From IMG/VR virus record IMGVR_UViG_3300044724_001019, positions 1 through 24,155 of that record: DNA of 24,155 nt; one strand, 5' to 3'. Position numbers and translations under genes: made by a program. Shown one piece after another: positions 22,709 to 24,155 of this stretch. Source of the DNA: a virus. Lineage: Duplodnaviria > Caudoviricetes. Position 1 is the stretch's first letter; each line of letters begins with the position of its first letter. The notes beneath the pieces were generated by a model, which was not told the DNA's origin, ran no database searches, and saw only the letters and a list, made by a program, of their open reading frames with translations.

Positions 22709-24004
22709 ATGACAGTCAGCAGCACAACAACCAAGGTAAGCTACAGCGGTAACGGCAGCACCACTGTTTTTGCTTATACTTTCAAAATCTTCGCAGACGC
22801 AGACCTGACGGTTATTGTGCGTACCGACGCGACTGGCGCTGAGTCAACCAAGACTCTGACGACAGACTACACTGTGTCAGGCGCTGGTGATGCAGGGGGC
22901 GGCAACGTCACTATGGTTGTAGCCCCTGCCTCTGGCGAGACCCTGCTGATTAAGCGTAGCTTGGACCTGACACAATCCACTGACTATGTGCCCAACGACC
23001 CGTTCCCTGCCGCTGCCCACGAGGATGCCCTCGACAGGATGACATTTATCGCGCAACAGCAACAAGAGGTGTTTGACCGCGCTGTTGTCTTCCCTGAGAC
23101 CGACACGGCAAGCACGACAATTCCCGACTCCGTGACCCGTGCCAATAAGTTCCTTGGTTTTGGTGCAAGCGGTGAAGTCGCAGTTTTATCCAGCACGGGC
23201 ACCTCGCCAGGCGCGATTGACACTGGCAACTTGGTGGATGGTGCAGTTACAACTGCAAAACTTGCATCTACCGCTGTAACCACAGCTAAAATTACAGACG
23301 ATGCAATTACACAGGCCAAGATTGCGGATGACGCGGTAGGTTCTGCCCAGATTGCCGCTGATGCTGTAACACAAGCCAAGATTGCGGATGACGCGGTGGG
23401 TTCTGCGCAGATTGCTGACAACGCTGTGGGCACAGCACAGATTGCTGATAGCGCCGTCACCGCTGCTAAACTCTCGTCAGATGCAGCATTTTCTGCTGGT
23501 ATGTTGATGCCTTATGCGGGCACATCTGCCCCAACCGGGTGGCTGCTGGCATACGGTCAGGCAGTGTCTCGAACAACCTATGCCGACTTGTTTACTGCAA
23601 TTAGCACGACCTACGGGTCTGGTGACGGCTCAACCACCTTCAACCTTCCAGACCTACGCGGCCGCACCATCGCCGGTCAGGATGATATGGGTGGCTCATC
23701 CGCCAACCGGCTGACAAATCAGTCTGGCGGTTTGAACGGTGACACTCTGGGTGCTTCTGGCGGCGCTGAGACGCACACCCTGACCACGTCGCAGATGCCA
23801 AGCCACAGCCACACCCTTGGCAGCAACGCCAAAATATCAACCACATTTGACACTAGTGGTGGAAACACCGCAATCAGGCGCGACACGTTAAGTGGAAGTG
23901 GGCTTGATTCGTACATCAGCGGCTCGACTGAAGCTGCCGGTTCAGGCGCTGCCCACAACAACGTGCAACCGACCATCATCCTCAACTACATCATCAAGAC
24001 TTAG
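22709..24004 (+). CDS. Tail fibre: T7 gp17-like anchor, repeat shaft, tail-collar domain and HxH tip
   Basis: 'YSGNGSTTVFAYTFKI..ADLTV', 'HEDALDRMT', AKIADDAV repeats, collar 'MPYAGTSAPTGWLL...TTFNLPDLRGR', 'PSHSHT' and C-terminal 'HNNVQPTIILNYIIKT'. Confidence 0.92.
   Translation: MTVSSTTTKVSYSGNGSTTVFAYTFKIFADADLTVIVRTDATGAESTKTLTTDYTVSGAGDAGGGNVTMVVAPASGETLLIKRSLDLTQSTDYVPNDPFPAAAHEDALDRMTFIAQQQQEVFDRAVVFPETDTASTTIPDSVTRANKFLGFGASGEVAVLSSTGTSPGAIDTGNLVDGAVTTAKLASTAVTTAKITDDAITQAKIADDAVGSAQIAADAVTQAKIADDAVGSAQIADNAVGTAQIADSAVTAAKLSSDAAFSAGMLMPYAGTSAPTGWLLAYGQAVSRTTYADLFTAISTTYGSGDGSTTFNLPDLRGRTIAGQDDMGGSSANRLTNQSGGLNGDTLGASGGAETHTLTTSQMPSHSHTLGSNAKISTTFDTSGGNTAIRRDTLSGSGLDSYISGSTEAAGSGAAHNNVQPTIILNYIIKT
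23220..23480 (+). repeat. 30-bp-period coding repeats in the tail fibre shaft
   Basis: About eight 10-aa units (e.g. TQAKIADDAV / GSAQIAADAV). GCCAAGATTGCGGATGACGCGGT occurs identically at 23315 and 23375. Confidence 0.9.
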
Positions 24005-24012
24005 AGGCGACC

Positions 24013-24155
24013 ATGACCAAAGCAGTACAAGACATCAAAACGGGCCAGTCCATTCCCGCGCTGGAGATTGGCACCGAACAAACCATCAGCGTAGCCGCCG
24101 CAAGCGCAGCGACAAGCACTGCCTTTGGCGAGACCTCGCTTGTTGTTCGTGTAGT
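24013..24155 (+). CDS. Hypothetical protein, 3'-truncated at window edge
   Basis: SD GAGG; MTKAVQDIKTGQSIPALEIGTEQTISVAAASAATSTAFGETSLVVRV; open to the end of the window. Confidence 0.7.
   Translation, partial: MTKAVQDIKTGQSIPALEIGTEQTISVAAASAATSTAFGETSLVVRV

Noticed and set aside
22709-24155. Diversity-generating retroelement as in BPP-1
   Set aside because: No reverse transcriptase, no TR/VR pair differing at adenines and no C-type-lectin-like fibre tip in the window.

Overview
The window is a ~24 kb piece of a podovirus-type dsDNA phage genome of the BPP-1/HTVC010P-like (T7-tail-module) kind. An aquatic alphaproteobacterial host is plausible but only inferred. Positions 1-5300 hold the early/accessory region, mostly on the minus strand: a GP88-like Cys-rich protein, a chain of tiny SD-coupled ORFs, an XRE HTH protein, a palindromic CATTGC/GCAATG array next to an AT tract, a large HNH protein, a Holliday-junction-resolvase-like gene and a PD-(D/E)XK exonuclease running off the left edge (missed by the ORF track). 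After a repeat-bearing non-coding spacer (5340-5650), the plus strand carries a complete morphogenesis run: TerS, TerL, portal, scaffold, major capsid protein, tail tubular A and B, a GNAT-like protein, three internal virion proteins and a collar-domain tail fibre. Most notable: (i) the gene after the capsid is reduced to a 20-codon minigene and is followed by a terminator and an out-of-context nuclease; (ii) a multi-hairpin RNA with a repeated, permuted internal-loop motif lies inside the ORF upstream of the capsid gene; (iii) an HTH-palindrome array-HNH module. No tRNA, CRISPR array, integrase, RNA/DNA polymerase or reverse transcriptase was seen. All family calls come from motif recognition and synteny, not database searches.
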